Below are positions 55,237-64,000 of a DNA stretch of 64,000 nt, one piece after another. The notes under the pieces are model-generated. The model was not told the origin of the DNA. It was given only the letters and a program-made list of their open reading frames with translations, and did not search any database. The translations under genes and the position numbers were made by a program. How positions within the stretch are numbered: the first letter of the stretch is position 1; each line of letters begins with the position of its first letter. The DNA lies in NCBI GenBank assembly GCA_031367345.1, contig JANLPR010000108.1, positions 1,213 through 65,212 on the forward strand, written 5' to 3'. Origin of the DNA: Bacteroidota bacterium (GTDB lineage Bacteria > Bacteroidota > Bacteroidia > AKYH767-A > 2013-40CM-41-45).

Positions 55237-56142
55237 TTATTTTAATAAAAGATCTCGCAAAGCAATTTCAGGATCGGAATAGTCGAATATAAATCCGGCG
55301 CGTTTTATTTTTTCTGCAGAAGTGCGCTGACCGTTAAGAATCACAGCTGATTTCTCTCCTAGAATAATTTTTAGAAGAAATGCCGGAACATTGAATGGCC
55401 AAATTGGTCTTTTCAGAATTCGACCTAAGAGTGTCATAAAAAAAGTATTCTCTAGTGGTGACGGAGCATTTGCATTGAAAGCTCCGTGCAGTGTTTTATT
55501 TTCAATCAGAAATAAATACATTTTGCAGATATCATCGATATGAATCCACGGAGTATATTGATCTCCTTTTCCAAGAGGAGCACCAGCAAAAAACTTAACC
55601 GTACGAGCCAAAACAGGAAGCGCTCCACCTTCATCTGAAAGCACAACTCCTGTTCGAAGCAAAGCGACTCGAATTTTTAATGATTCAAATTGAAGAGCAG
55701 ATTTTTCCCATTGTTTACATACGTTGCCCATAAAATCATCGGCTGCAGGTTGTAGCTCATCTATCCAAACATTTCCTGTGTGACCATAATAACCAACAGC
55801 GGAGGCAGAGAGAAAAGTGTGGACATTGTTCGGATTATTTTTTAAGGTTTGAAAAATAAGATCTGCTGAAGATGTTCGACTTGTTAAAATTTTCTTTTTG
55901 TATGATTCTGACCAGCGGTGGTCAGCAATTCCTGCACCTGCTAAATGGATAATGATTTCAGTGTTGGCCACAGCCTCCGGAGGCAGAATTTGTTTTTCTA
56001 CATCCCAAACAATGTATTTTACAGAAGTTGAAGAGTGCCGGGAACGACTCAAAATAGAAACGTGGTGCCCTTTTTCAGTAAGGATAGAAGTAAGCCGACG
56101 GCCGAGGAGCCCGGAGCCTCCGGTGATAAGAATATTTGCCAT
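55237..56142 (-). CDS. TIGR01777/YfcH-family NAD-dependent epimerase-like protein (DUF1731 C-terminus)
   Basis: MANILITGGSGLLGRRL Rossmann motif, about 300 aa. C-terminal GQRTSAEKIKRAGFIFDY is typical of the family. Confidence 0.8.
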   Translation of the reverse strand: MANILITGGSGLLGRRLTSILTEKGHHVSILSRSRHSSTSVKYIVWDVEKQILPPEAVANTEIIIHLAGAGIADHRWSESYKKKILTSRTSSADLIFQTLKNNPNNVHTFLSASAVGYYGHTGNVWIDELQPAADDFMGNVCKQWEKSALQFESLKIRVALLRTGVVLSDEGGALPVLARTVKFFAGAPLGKGDQYTPWIHIDDICKMYLFLIENKTLHGAFNANAPSPLENTFFMTLLGRILKRPIWPFNVPAFLLKIILGEKSAVILNGQRTSAEKIKRAGFIFDYSDPEIALRDLLLK

Positions 56143-56291
56143 GAGGGAAATTAAGTACCAAAGCTAAGACAAGTTGAGAGTAGATTTGTTTAGTTTTGCT
56201 GCTTGTAAAAATCAGGTGAAAAGACAATTAATAGAGTACTAGTAAAGAGCGAAAGAAAAAGCAGTCAATGCAGGCTTAAAACAACAAAAAA

Positions 56292-56588
56292 ATGAATATT
56301 TCAGCATATTTGCCTTATCTGATAGGGTTTTTAGTAGTGTCGTTGATCATATTAAGAATAATGCGATCGAAGCGAAGTGGATCAGCAGCAGTAAAATTTG
56401 AGATCCTGTATTTGATGGTTTACACTTTTATGGCCGGCGTTTTAGTGACTTTTTTCTTAGAACATCCGGAAATTGGGTGGATGAGTCTGTTGATATTGGG
56501 TACCTTTTTCGCCGGATTTATTTTGCGGGCCGTTCCTTTATTCAGATTGATAAGAGAAGTAGAGGAAAAAGCGGAGGGCAGATTTTAA
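56292..56588 (+). CDS. Small three-TM membrane protein, unknown function
   Basis: 98 aa with three hydrophobic helices. Exact TAnnTTTG motifs at 56181-56188 and 56191-56198 lie upstream, but without a well-spaced -33 element. Confidence 0.45.
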   Translation: MNISAYLPYLIGFLVVSLIILRIMRSKRSGSAAVKFEILYLMVYTFMAGVLVTFFLEHPEIGWMSLLILGTFFAGFILRAVPLFRLIREVEEKAEGRF

Positions 56589-56743
56589 GTTATTGAGGCT
56601 AAAATATTGCTTTTAAAGAAATAAAAGGACGTTTTAAGGAATGTGGTGCGAAGAAGGACTTCGGGAAAATGAGTAAGAAAGATAGCGGGAGTTACAGTTC
56701 CGAAAAGAAATAATGGTTGGTTTAATAATTAATTACACAAGCA

Positions 56744-56774
56744 TTTGTTAGTAATAAAATTAATCCTACTTTTG
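56744..56774 (+). promoter_or_regulatory. Candidate Bacteroidota sigma-A promoter of the rplM-rpsI operon
   Basis: TTTG at 56744-56747 and TACTTTTG at 56767-56774 with a 19-nt spacer, about 50 nt upstream of the rplM start. Confidence 0.5.
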
Positions 56775-56821
56775 CAACCCCTTCGTGGGAAACCGATTTA
56801 GTGAAAAACTTATAAATATTA

Positions 56822-57274
56822 TTGAAATTGGACGCATTGAGCTACAAGACTGTTTCTGCAAACGCAAAAACTGTCAACAAAGAATGGGTGCTTGTAGATG
56901 CAAGTGATATGATTGTTGGACGACTTTCGTCTGATATTGCTCGTGTTTTACGTGGTAAGCATAAAACAAATTATACTCCTCACGTAGATTGTGGAGATAA
57001 TGTAATCATCATTAATGCTGAGAAAGTTCGTTTCACAGGCAATAAGATGAAAGAGAAAGAATACGTACACCATACGGGTTACCCGGGTGGTCAGCGTTTC
57101 GCAACTCCAACAGAGTGGATGAGAAAGAACCCTGCCTTGATCCTTGAGAACGCCATTCGTGGAATGTTACCAAAGACGAAGTTAGGACGTGAATTGTTCC
57201 GTAACCTTCATGTATTTGTAGGAACAGAGCATCCTCACACGGCTCAGAAGCCAAAAGAAATTAAATTTTCATAA
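56822..57274 (+). CDS. rplM: 50S ribosomal protein L13
   Basis: LSYKTVSANAKTVNKEWVLVDA...VGRLSS.IA..LRGKHK..YTPHVDCGD.VIIINAEK. Both possible starts are TTG (56822 or 56828, the latter giving MDALSYKT). An in-frame TAA at 56813 excludes an upstream ATG. Confidence 0.95.
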   Translation: MKLDALSYKTVSANAKTVNKEWVLVDASDMIVGRLSSDIARVLRGKHKTNYTPHVDCGDNVIIINAEKVRFTGNKMKEKEYVHHTGYPGGQRFATPTEWMRKNPALILENAIRGMLPKTKLGRELFRNLHVFVGTEHPHTAQKPKEIKFS

Positions 57275-57292
57275 TTAAAGAACTGATTAAGT

Positions 57293-57679
57293 ATGTCAAC
57301 CATCCATTCTCTCGGACGTAGAAAAACATCCATTGCACGTGTTTATTTAAATGCAGGCAGTGGAGAGATAAAAGTTAATTCACGTGACTATAAGGAATAT
57401 TTTCCTACTGGTCCGTTGCAATATATAGTAACACAAGCGCAAGCAGTGCTGAATGTGAAAGAGACTTACGATATAAAAATTACCGTAGACGGTGGTGGTA
57501 TCAAAGGTCAGGCGGAAGCATCACGTTTGGGTATAGCACGAGCACTAGTAAAAGTGAACGAGGAAAACAAACCACCACTTCGTAAAGAAGGTCTTTTAAC
57601 GCGTGATCCACGTATGGTGGAGCGTAAGAAGCCCGGACAAAAGAAGGCACGTAAGAAATTCCAGTTCTCTAAACGTTAA
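57293..57679 (+). CDS. rpsI: 30S ribosomal protein S9
   Basis: GRRKTSIARVYL..G.G.I.VN...GGG..GQAEA.R.GIARAL...LTRD.R.VERKK.G..KARK..QFSKR. Confidence 0.95.
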   Translation: MSTIHSLGRRKTSIARVYLNAGSGEIKVNSRDYKEYFPTGPLQYIVTQAQAVLNVKETYDIKITVDGGGIKGQAEASRLGIARALVKVNEENKPPLRKEGLLTRDPRMVERKKPGQKKARKKFQFSKR

Positions 57680-57766
57680 TATACCGGTATTTGCAAAGTG
57701 TTCGAGAGAATACTTTGCAATTGCCTTTCAATTTATAATTCAATTCATTCGTCAACACAAATTTCA

Positions 57767-58636
57767 ATGTCAAGAGTTTCATATCAAGACTTACTCGATG
57801 CAGGTGCACACTTTGGCCATTTAAAAAGCAAGTGGAATCCGAAAATGGCTCCATATATTTTTATGGAAGCACGTGGTATTCATATTATCGATCTTAACAA
57901 AACAGTTGCAAAAATAGATGAGGCAGCAGCAGCAATGAAGCAAATAGCAAAATCAGGAAAAAAGATTTTGTTTGTAGCTACAAAGAAGCAAGCCAAAGAC
58001 ATTGTTGCAAATGGAGCGGGTCGTGTTAATATGCCATTTATCACTGAGCGCTGGCCGGGTGGAATGCTTACCAATTTTGCTACTGTACGTAAGTCAGTAA
58101 AGAAAATGGCAGGCTTCGAAAAGATGGCGACGGATGGAACATTTGATAACATCTCTAAGAAAGAGCGTTTACAAATTTCTCGTCAGAAAGCGAAAATGGA
58201 AAAGTTTTTAGGGTCAATTTCTGACCTTAGCCGTTTGCCTGCTGCGTTGTTTATTGTTGATACAGTAAAAGAACACATTGCAGTTGCTGAAGCGCATAAG
58301 TTGAACATACCTACTTTTGCTATCACAGATACAAACACGGATCCTACACAAGTTGACTTTGCGATTCCTGCAAACGACGATGCTACTAAATCTATCGCCA
58401 TCATCATCGAAACAATGGTGAAAGCAATTGAAGAAGGATTAGCAGAGCGTAAAACAGATAAAGAAGCAGAGAAAGATAAAGAAGGAGAAGAGTTAACAGA
58501 TGCAGGAGCTATGGCAATGGAACTTACATTCGATGATGAAGCAAAAGATGATTCAGGTGCTCCATCTACAAAAGCACCGGCTGCAAAAGGACGTCCTCGT
58601 CGTACAACAACACCGGGCGGACCACGTAAAAAATAA
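57767..58636 (+). CDS. rpsB: 30S ribosomal protein S2 with acidic/basic C-terminal extension
   Basis: Start moved to ATG 57767 (MSRVSYQDLLDAGAHFGH). Canonical S2 core. The last ~70 aa are a low-complexity tail ending KGRPRRTTTPGGPRKK. Confidence 0.95.
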   Translation: MSRVSYQDLLDAGAHFGHLKSKWNPKMAPYIFMEARGIHIIDLNKTVAKIDEAAAAMKQIAKSGKKILFVATKKQAKDIVANGAGRVNMPFITERWPGGMLTNFATVRKSVKKMAGFEKMATDGTFDNISKKERLQISRQKAKMEKFLGSISDLSRLPAALFIVDTVKEHIAVAEAHKLNIPTFAITDTNTDPTQVDFAIPANDDATKSIAIIIETMVKAIEEGLAERKTDKEAEKDKEGEELTDAGAMAMELTFDDEAKDDSGAPSTKAPAAKGRPRRTTTPGGPRKK

Positions 58637-58668
58637 TTAGTGAATATTAAAATAAAAGGAGAAAAGAA

Positions 58669-59505
58669 ATGACTACTGCAACAATTAGCGCAGCAGATGT
58701 AAATAAGCTTCGCCAACAGACCGGTTCAGGAATGATGGATTGTAAGAAAGCATTAACAGAAGCAAACGGAGATTTCGAAGCGGCAATTGACATTTTACGT
58801 AAAAAAGGTCAGAAAATTGCAGCGAATCGTCAAGACCGTGAAGCAAAAGAAGGGTATGTATTCGGTAAAGTTACTGCTGACGGTACACAAGGATTTGTAG
58901 TAGCGGTTTGTTGCGAGACAGATTTCGTTGCGATCAACGTTGACTTCGTAAAATATGCTGAGTCAATTTTGGATCTTGCCATGAGCAAAAAACCTTCAAC
59001 AATCGATGAGCTAAAAGCATTGACTTTAGGCGATCGTACAGTTGGAGAAACATTGATTGACCAAATGGGAAAGATTGGTGAGAAAATAGATGTAGTTGAT
59101 TTCCAAAATGTGAAATCTGAAAAAGTTATAATCTACAATCACCCGGGAAATAAATTAACATCATTGATCGCTTTCAACACAACTAACCAAGCAGTTGCTG
59201 AGGCAGGTCGCGATATCGCTATGCAAGTAGCGGCAATGGCACCGGTAGCAATTGATAAAGATGATGTTGATCAATCACTTTTAGAGCGTGAAATTGAAAT
59301 TGCTAAAGAACAGATTAGAGCAGAAGGCAAGCCGGAGAATATGATTGAAAAAATCTCTGCAGGAAAGATCAACAAATTCTATTCAGAATATACTTTATTG
59401 AACCAACAGTTTATTAAAGACGAAAAGAAAACAGTTCGTCAGTTCCTTGAAGGAATCGATAAAAATGCTCATATCACTGCTATGAAGCGTGTGAAATTGG
59501 GTTAA
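58669..59505 (+). CDS. tsf: Translation elongation factor Ts
   Basis: ISAADVNKLRQQTGSGMMDCKKALTEANGDFEAAIDILRKKG UBA-like N-terminus followed by the EF-Ts core. Confidence 0.95.
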   Translation: MTTATISAADVNKLRQQTGSGMMDCKKALTEANGDFEAAIDILRKKGQKIAANRQDREAKEGYVFGKVTADGTQGFVVAVCCETDFVAINVDFVKYAESILDLAMSKKPSTIDELKALTLGDRTVGETLIDQMGKIGEKIDVVDFQNVKSEKVIIYNHPGNKLTSLIAFNTTNQAVAEAGRDIAMQVAAMAPVAIDKDDVDQSLLEREIEIAKEQIRAEGKPENMIEKISAGKINKFYSEYTLLNQQFIKDEKKTVRQFLEGIDKNAHITAMKRVKLG

Positions 59506-59525
59506 GAAATAGTATTTTTTTAAAA

Positions 59526-59551
59526 AGAGAACATCAGTTCTCTTTTTTTTT
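59526..59551 (+). terminator. Intrinsic terminator after tsf
   Basis: Stem agagaac / gttctct, loop atca, followed by a T8 run. Confidence 0.75.
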
Positions 59552-59644
59552 GCCCAAAAAACAATCCGTTGCATTGATAGTAGCTTTTACAAACTTGAAT
59601 GCGTTGTTAAAATCTATATCTTAGCAGCGCTAAAACAATTTCGA

Positions 59645-60355
59645 ATGAAATATAAACGCGTTTTATTAAAACTGAGTGGCGAGTCGCTGATGGGTGAAAA
59701 GGAATTTGGCATCGACCACGATCGTTTACGTCAGTATTCAGAAGAAATAAAATCGATCGTAGATCAAGGAGTAGAAGTTGCAGTTGTGATTGGTGGCGGA
59801 AACATTTTTCGTGGCGTTGGAAATGATGCTGGAGATGTGATTGATCGTGTACAAGGAGACTATATGGGAATGCTTGCCACAGTAATCAATAGTATGGCAT
59901 TGCAATCGGCACTAGAACGAGTAGGAGTAAAGACGCGATTGCAATCGGCCATAAAGATGGAGCAAATATGCGAGCCATATATTAAACGAAGAGCAGTACG
60001 ACACTTAGAAAAGGGACGAGTAGTTATTTTTGGAGCGGGCACAGGAAACCCATACTTTACTACCGATACGGCAGCATCACTTAGAGCTATCGAAATTGGA
60101 GCCGATGTAATTTTAAAAGGAACTAGAGTAGATGGAATTTATTCCTCAGATCCGGAGAAAAATAAAGATGCTGTACGTTACGAAACAGTAACGTTCGATG
60201 AAGTATATGAGAAAGGATTGAAGGTAATGGATCTTACAGCTTTCACACTCTGTAATGAAAACAAAGTCCCAATCATTGTTTTCGATATAAATAAAGCCGG
60301 CAATCTTCTAAGAGTATTAGAAGGAGAATCAGTTGGTACATTAGTAGAATTTTGA
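59645..60355 (+). CDS. pyrH: UMP kinase
   Basis: [50 protein letters not shown]. Confidence 0.95.
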   Translation: MKYKRVLLKLSGESLMGEKEFGIDHDRLRQYSEEIKSIVDQGVEVAVVIGGGNIFRGVGNDAGDVIDRVQGDYMGMLATVINSMALQSALERVGVKTRLQSAIKMEQICEPYIKRRAVRHLEKGRVVIFGAGTGNPYFTTDTAASLRAIEIGADVILKGTRVDGIYSSDPEKNKDAVRYETVTFDEVYEKGLKVMDLTAFTLCNENKVPIIVFDINKAGNLLRVLEGESVGTLVEF

Positions 60356-60385
60356 TTTTAATAATAAAGTTTAATACAACAAACT

Positions 60386-60943
60386 ATGTTAGACACAAAT
60401 AAATTAATTAGCGATTCGAAGGCGCACATGCAGAAGGCCGTCGAACATTTAGAATTAGAATTATCAAAGATCCGTGCTGGCAGAGCTAATCCGTCGATGT
60501 TAGATGTAATACATGTTGATTATTACGGAACAAATACTCCGCTTGCGCAAATAGCAAGTATTACAACGCCGGATGCCCGCTCATTAGCAATTCAGCCTTG
60601 GGAGAAAGCGATGATAAGTCCTATAGAGAAAGCGATCATGGCTGCAAATCTCGGTTTTACACCACAGAACGATGGAACAATAGTTCGTATTAATATTCCT
60701 GCTTTAACAGAAGAGCGGAGAAAAGAATTAGTAAAGAAAACTAAAGCGGAGGCTGAGCATTCAAAAGTAGGTATTCGTACTGCACGAAGAGATGCGAATG
60801 AGTTGTTGAAGAAAGAAGCGAAGTCAGTTCCGGAAGATGTAGCGAAAGGGATAGAAGATCAGATTCAAAAAATTACTGATCAGTATATTGCTATTGTTGA
60901 CAAGCATCTCGAAGCAAAAGAAAAAGAGATCATGACAATATGA
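60386..60943 (+). CDS. frr: Ribosome recycling factor
   Basis: KIRAGRANPSMLD.I.VDYYG..TPL.Q.ASI..PDAR.L.IQPWEK, NLGFTPQNDG..VRINIPALTEERRKELVK. Confidence 0.95.
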   Translation: MLDTNKLISDSKAHMQKAVEHLELELSKIRAGRANPSMLDVIHVDYYGTNTPLAQIASITTPDARSLAIQPWEKAMISPIEKAIMAANLGFTPQNDGTIVRINIPALTEERRKELVKKTKAEAEHSKVGIRTARRDANELLKKEAKSVPEDVAKGIEDQIQKITDQYIAIVDKHLEAKEKEIMTI

Positions 60944-60948
60944 GTTTC

Positions 60949-60976
60949 AAGCCACCCGATGAGGTGGCTTTTTTTA
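60949..60976 (+). terminator. Intrinsic terminator after frr
   Basis: Stem aagccacc / ggtggctt, 6-nt loop, T-run. Confidence 0.8.
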
Positions 60977-61108
60977 TTCGAAGAAGATCGAGATTTGTAA
61001 ATTGTAATTCGAGAATAGTAAATCGTTGTTTATGGTTTAACCCGCTGCAGGCTTCACTGGATATTTTTTGCGTTCAAGAGTGGTGTTTGCAGAAGAAGAC
61101 TTTTATTT

Positions 61109-61142
61109 CGCACAGAAAACGCAGACTACCGCAGATTTTTTT
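61109..61142 (-). repeat. Dispersed TCTGCGG-periodic repeat, copy C (inverted orientation)
   Basis: The reverse complement aaaaaaatctgcggtagtctgcgttttctgtgcgaaataa matches copy B at about 32 of 40 positions by hand alignment. Flanked by heptamer-periodic tracts at 60988-61029 and 61169-61190. Confidence 0.65.
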
Positions 61143-61220
61143 CGAGAAATATAAATCGTACTTTTTTTTCGATTCTCGGTTCTCGACCTTTTTCATCATT
61201 CACCAAGCAGTATAAAAAAC

Positions 61221-61252
61221 AAAAAACTCCGCGAATCAACACGGAGTTTTTT
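61221..61252. terminator. Bidirectional terminator-like hairpin
   Basis: aaaaaactccg (10-nt loop) cggagtttttt. Could serve the minus-strand VOC/WD40 operon and any plus-strand read-through. Confidence 0.5.
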
Positions 61253-61453
61253 GATCAACAATTCAAATTACTTAACTTAAACTTAACATGAAACACGCCT
61301 TTTATAACGCCCGTCTGTTTCGAAAGTTTCACTTTTGGCATTTTTCTTACAGTTTTCATTTAAACGATAGACTGTAGCTTATTTTAAAGTAAAAATCGAG
61401 GTTGTCGATAATCGAATTGGTTTTACTTTCACTTTCAGAAAAGGCTGTTACCA

Positions 61454-61846
61454 TTATTTACGCTGAATGAAATCCCAAAGATTGCCATAAAGGTCTTTGA
61501 AGACTGCTACCGTTCCCCAAACTTCTTCTGTTCGTTCTCTCTCAAATTCAACACCGTTTTCTTTCATGTAATTATATTCATCAGTGAAGTTTTGCGTGTA
61601 AAGAAAAAGAAATACGCGTCCTCCTGTCTGATTGCCTATTCGTGAAATTTGTTCATCACCCACAGCCTTTGCCAGTAAGAGTTGACACATTGAATTTTTT
61701 GGTGCAACCACAACCCAGCGCTTGGTCTCACTCATTTGTTTGTCTTCCAACAAATCGAATCCGAGTTTCATAGTATAAAATTCAATTGCTTCATCATAGT
61801 CATTTACTACCAAAGCAATTTGTTGAAGAGATGCTGAGCTTTTCAT
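61454..61846 (-). CDS. VOC (glyoxalase/bleomycin-resistance/extradiol dioxygenase) family protein
   Basis: 130 aa. LQQIALVVNDYDEAIEFYTMKLGF ... FKDLYGNLWDFIQ is the paired beta-alpha-beta-beta-beta pattern typical of VOC proteins. Confidence 0.75.
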   Translation of the reverse strand: MKSSASLQQIALVVNDYDEAIEFYTMKLGFDLLEDKQMSETKRWVVVAPKNSMCQLLLAKAVGDEQISRIGNQTGGRVFLFLYTQNFTDEYNYMKENGVEFERERTEEVWGTVAVFKDLYGNLWDFIQRK

Positions 61847-62742
61847 GTTATTTTAAATTGAAATATTTTTCTATCGTCGCCTGCAGTAAGTAATTCGCCC
61901 GATGGCAACCATAATACTTTGTTGACGCTATGTGAATGGGCCGCCGAACTTTCTCTATCGATGCGATATATAAAAGTAAAATCATCGGCATTCCATAGCT
62001 TGGCTGTTTTGTCGCGACTGGCAGTGGCAATTAATTTTTTATCGGGTGAAAACGCGATCGAGTATATTGCATAATTGTGTGCAGGTATTTCTTTTCGGAG
62101 TTGGTAGTTGTTAATGTCCCACACCCTTAAATGTGCATCTCTTCCTCCGCTTAAAAGAACGTTTTGTGTTGGATGAAAGGCCAATGAATTGGAAGAGTCG
62201 TTGTGTGCTTTGAAAGACAATTTTTCTTTCAGCGAGAGAGTATCCCAAATATGTATAGTCCCATCGCCACATGCAATTGCCAATTCGTTCTGATCGTTAG
62301 AAACGGCTAGCGCTCTGATTTTCCCTGAAGTGATCGTTTCTTTTTTTAATAACTGAAAAGTATCGAGATCCCATATAGCTAATTCGCCGGAGGTAGAACA
62401 GCTGAATATTTTTTTAGTATCAAAAGAATAGTGAAGGTCGAATATTCCGGAACTATGAAATTGAATGGAAGCGATGAGTGATTGTGAGTTGAGGTCGATG
62501 GCGTAAAATTCACCTTTGCCGGTTCCGGCCAGTAATACATTTTTTTCTTTTACCCAACGTATTGCATAAATTGGAGAGTTCATTTTCCCGAGTGCTTGCG
62601 CAGCAGTTGAATCGTGAATTTTCCACTTTGAAAGGATTCCATCGCTTCCACCGGAATAGAAATAATCGGCTTCCGGACAATTCTCTAACGTATAAATGGC
62701 GCCTTCATGACCGCTATAAACAAACTCATTATTTACTATCAT
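61843..62742 (-). CDS. WD40-repeat protein
   Basis: Seven WD-like blades (e.g. GSDGILSKWKI, TSGELAIWDL, CGDGTIHIWDT, GGRDAHLRVWDI, ASRDKTAKLWN, AGDDRKIFQFKI). 4-nt overlap with the VOC gene. Confidence 0.85.
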   Translation of the reverse strand: MIVNNEFVYSGHEGAIYTLENCPEADYFYSGGSDGILSKWKIHDSTAAQALGKMNSPIYAIRWVKEKNVLLAGTGKGEFYAIDLNSQSLIASIQFHSSGIFDLHYSFDTKKIFSCSTSGELAIWDLDTFQLLKKETITSGKIRALAVSNDQNELAIACGDGTIHIWDTLSLKEKLSFKAHNDSSNSLAFHPTQNVLLSGGRDAHLRVWDINNYQLRKEIPAHNYAIYSIAFSPDKKLIATASRDKTAKLWNADDFTFIYRIDRESSAAHSHSVNKVLWLPSGELLTAGDDRKIFQFKIT

Positions 62743-62789
62743 TTACTGTGTTATGATGTTTTAATTTAATAATAAAATATCATTTAAGC

Positions 62790-63812
62790 TTAAGCCCAAA
62801 TTTTACCTCCTTCAGAACAGTTCTGGCAGATGTCGATTTCTTTTCTGCTTTTGAGAACAGATTGACGAAAAACCATAAATTCTTTTCCTTGCCATACTTG
62901 CTTGAAAGGATTTTCACGTAAGTCGCCAATTTGATGATGTGCATCTTTATCGAAGCAGCAGGGCACCACTTTTCCATCCCATGTAATAACAGCTGATTGC
63001 CATATTTTCCAACAATGGTTGAGCAAGCTATTTTTTAATTGGAAACGACCGGATCCAATCTTTTTGTAGCGAGAATAAACGGTATTTTTTGGTATCAATT
63101 TATTCCCGTTTTGATAATCATTTATCTGTGCTGTTTTGAAAGCGATATCATCAACACCAATTTCTTTTGCCAGTTTTCGAACAGCTTCAATTTGATGTTC
63201 GTTGGGCGCAACTACTAAAAACTGAAACACAACATAGGGAGTATTGCTTTTAAGTTCATTCTTCCATTTCAAAATATTTTTTGTTCCATCAATTACTTTT
63301 TGAAGATCGCCACCAATGCGGTATTGCGAATAAACATCTTGAGTAGTTCCATCAATACTAATGATTAAGCGATCGAGTCCCGACTCAACAGTTTTTTTTG
63401 CAACATCATCTGAAAGGTAATGTGCATTCGTTGAAGTAGCGGTATATAATTTTTTAGAAGAGGCATATTCAACCATTTTTAAAAAAGAAGGGTTTAAATA
63501 GGGTTCACCTTGAAAATAAAAAATGATATAGGTAGAATGTTTATACAATTGGTCAATCACTTTAGAAAAGAAATCATTTTCCAGCATTCCAGTTGGTCTA
63601 GAAAAAGAACGGAGTCCGCTAGGGCATTCGGGGCATCTTAAATTGCAAGCGGTGGTAGGCTCGATGGAAACAGAAAAAGGCATACCAAAAACAACAGCTT
63701 TTCCTGAGAAGCGCGACCAATAATATCCGGCTACAACTTTTCCTAAATTAAAAACTCTTTTAGGAGTAAGCTTAGAAAGTAAATTGAAAATATCGGTTAC
63801 ATTTTTATTCAT
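62790..63812 (-). CDS. Radical SAM protein with C-terminal SPASM-like Cys cluster
   Basis: CNLRCPECP (CX3CX2C). GGEP-like FQGEPYLNP. C-terminal VVPCCFDKD ... ICQNCSEG. Confidence 0.85.
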   Translation of the reverse strand: MNKNVTDIFNLLSKLTPKRVFNLGKVVAGYYWSRFSGKAVVFGMPFSVSIEPTTACNLRCPECPSGLRSFSRPTGMLENDFFSKVIDQLYKHSTYIIFYFQGEPYLNPSFLKMVEYASSKKLYTATSTNAHYLSDDVAKKTVESGLDRLIISIDGTTQDVYSQYRIGGDLQKVIDGTKNILKWKNELKSNTPYVVFQFLVVAPNEHQIEAVRKLAKEIGVDDIAFKTAQINDYQNGNKLIPKNTVYSRYKKIGSGRFQLKNSLLNHCWKIWQSAVITWDGKVVPCCFDKDAHHQIGDLRENPFKQVWQGKEFMVFRQSVLKSRKEIDICQNCSEGGKIWA

Positions 63813-64000
63813 CCGGAAAACAAAGATGCATACAAAGTGTGGACTTTTAATCTTTTAGTTGGACTAATTTTTTGCTGTTAAAAATGCGATTTCGCATACA
63901 ATTCGTTGTTAATAATTTGCTATAGAAACAAAGTGAAAAATCCGATCTTTATTATATTTTGGTTGCTTATTAAAAATTAATGAAATTATACATCTACTCA

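Noticed and set aside
58183-58716. Minus-strand 177-aa ORF
   Set aside because: It is antisense to the well-supported rpsB and tsf genes and has a low-complexity composition.
60940-61215. Plus-strand 91-aa ORF after frr
   Set aside because: It starts inside the frr stop/terminator region and runs across the heptamer-periodic tracts and repeat copy C. It has no protein-like features.

Overview
AT-rich Bacteroidota chromosomal segment. The phylum call rests on six proteins with type A T9SS C-terminal sorting domains, TAnnTTTG-type promoters, weak or absent Shine-Dalgarno sequences, and the rplM-rpsI-rpsB-tsf / pyrH-frr gene order. I support about 50 CDS. I recognised no rRNA, tRNA, CRISPR array, transposase, integrase or prophage gene. 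Content: (i) large T9SS-secreted repeat proteins (312-2459, 6088-10554, 17139-25243, 30061-31782); (ii) housekeeping genes (xseAB, comF-like, msrC-like GAF, yafV-ybdL, dprA, kdsB, photolyase, ribosomal/translation cluster); (iii) a six-gene minus-strand phosphorelay locus led by a MORN-repeat protein (33895-41836); (iv) two small, very basic chromatin-like proteins (AT-hook repeats at 5493-5813; SWIB with an H1-like tail at 42260-42676). The best candidate for a previously undescribed system is a four-gene minus-strand locus (47093-52569). It encodes a 975-aa outer-membrane protein with usher-like architecture, a two-domain periplasmic protein whose N-terminus carries the PapD/FimC A1-strand motif, and two paralogous small secreted proteins with pilin-like C-terminal strands. 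This looks like a chaperone-usher-like fibre assembly system, distinct from the T9SS and type V pilus routes usual in this phylum. There is also a dispersed TCTGCGG-periodic repeat (3 copies) associated with heptamer-periodic tracts in convergent intergenic regions. All family assignments come from motif recognition by eye; no database search was run.
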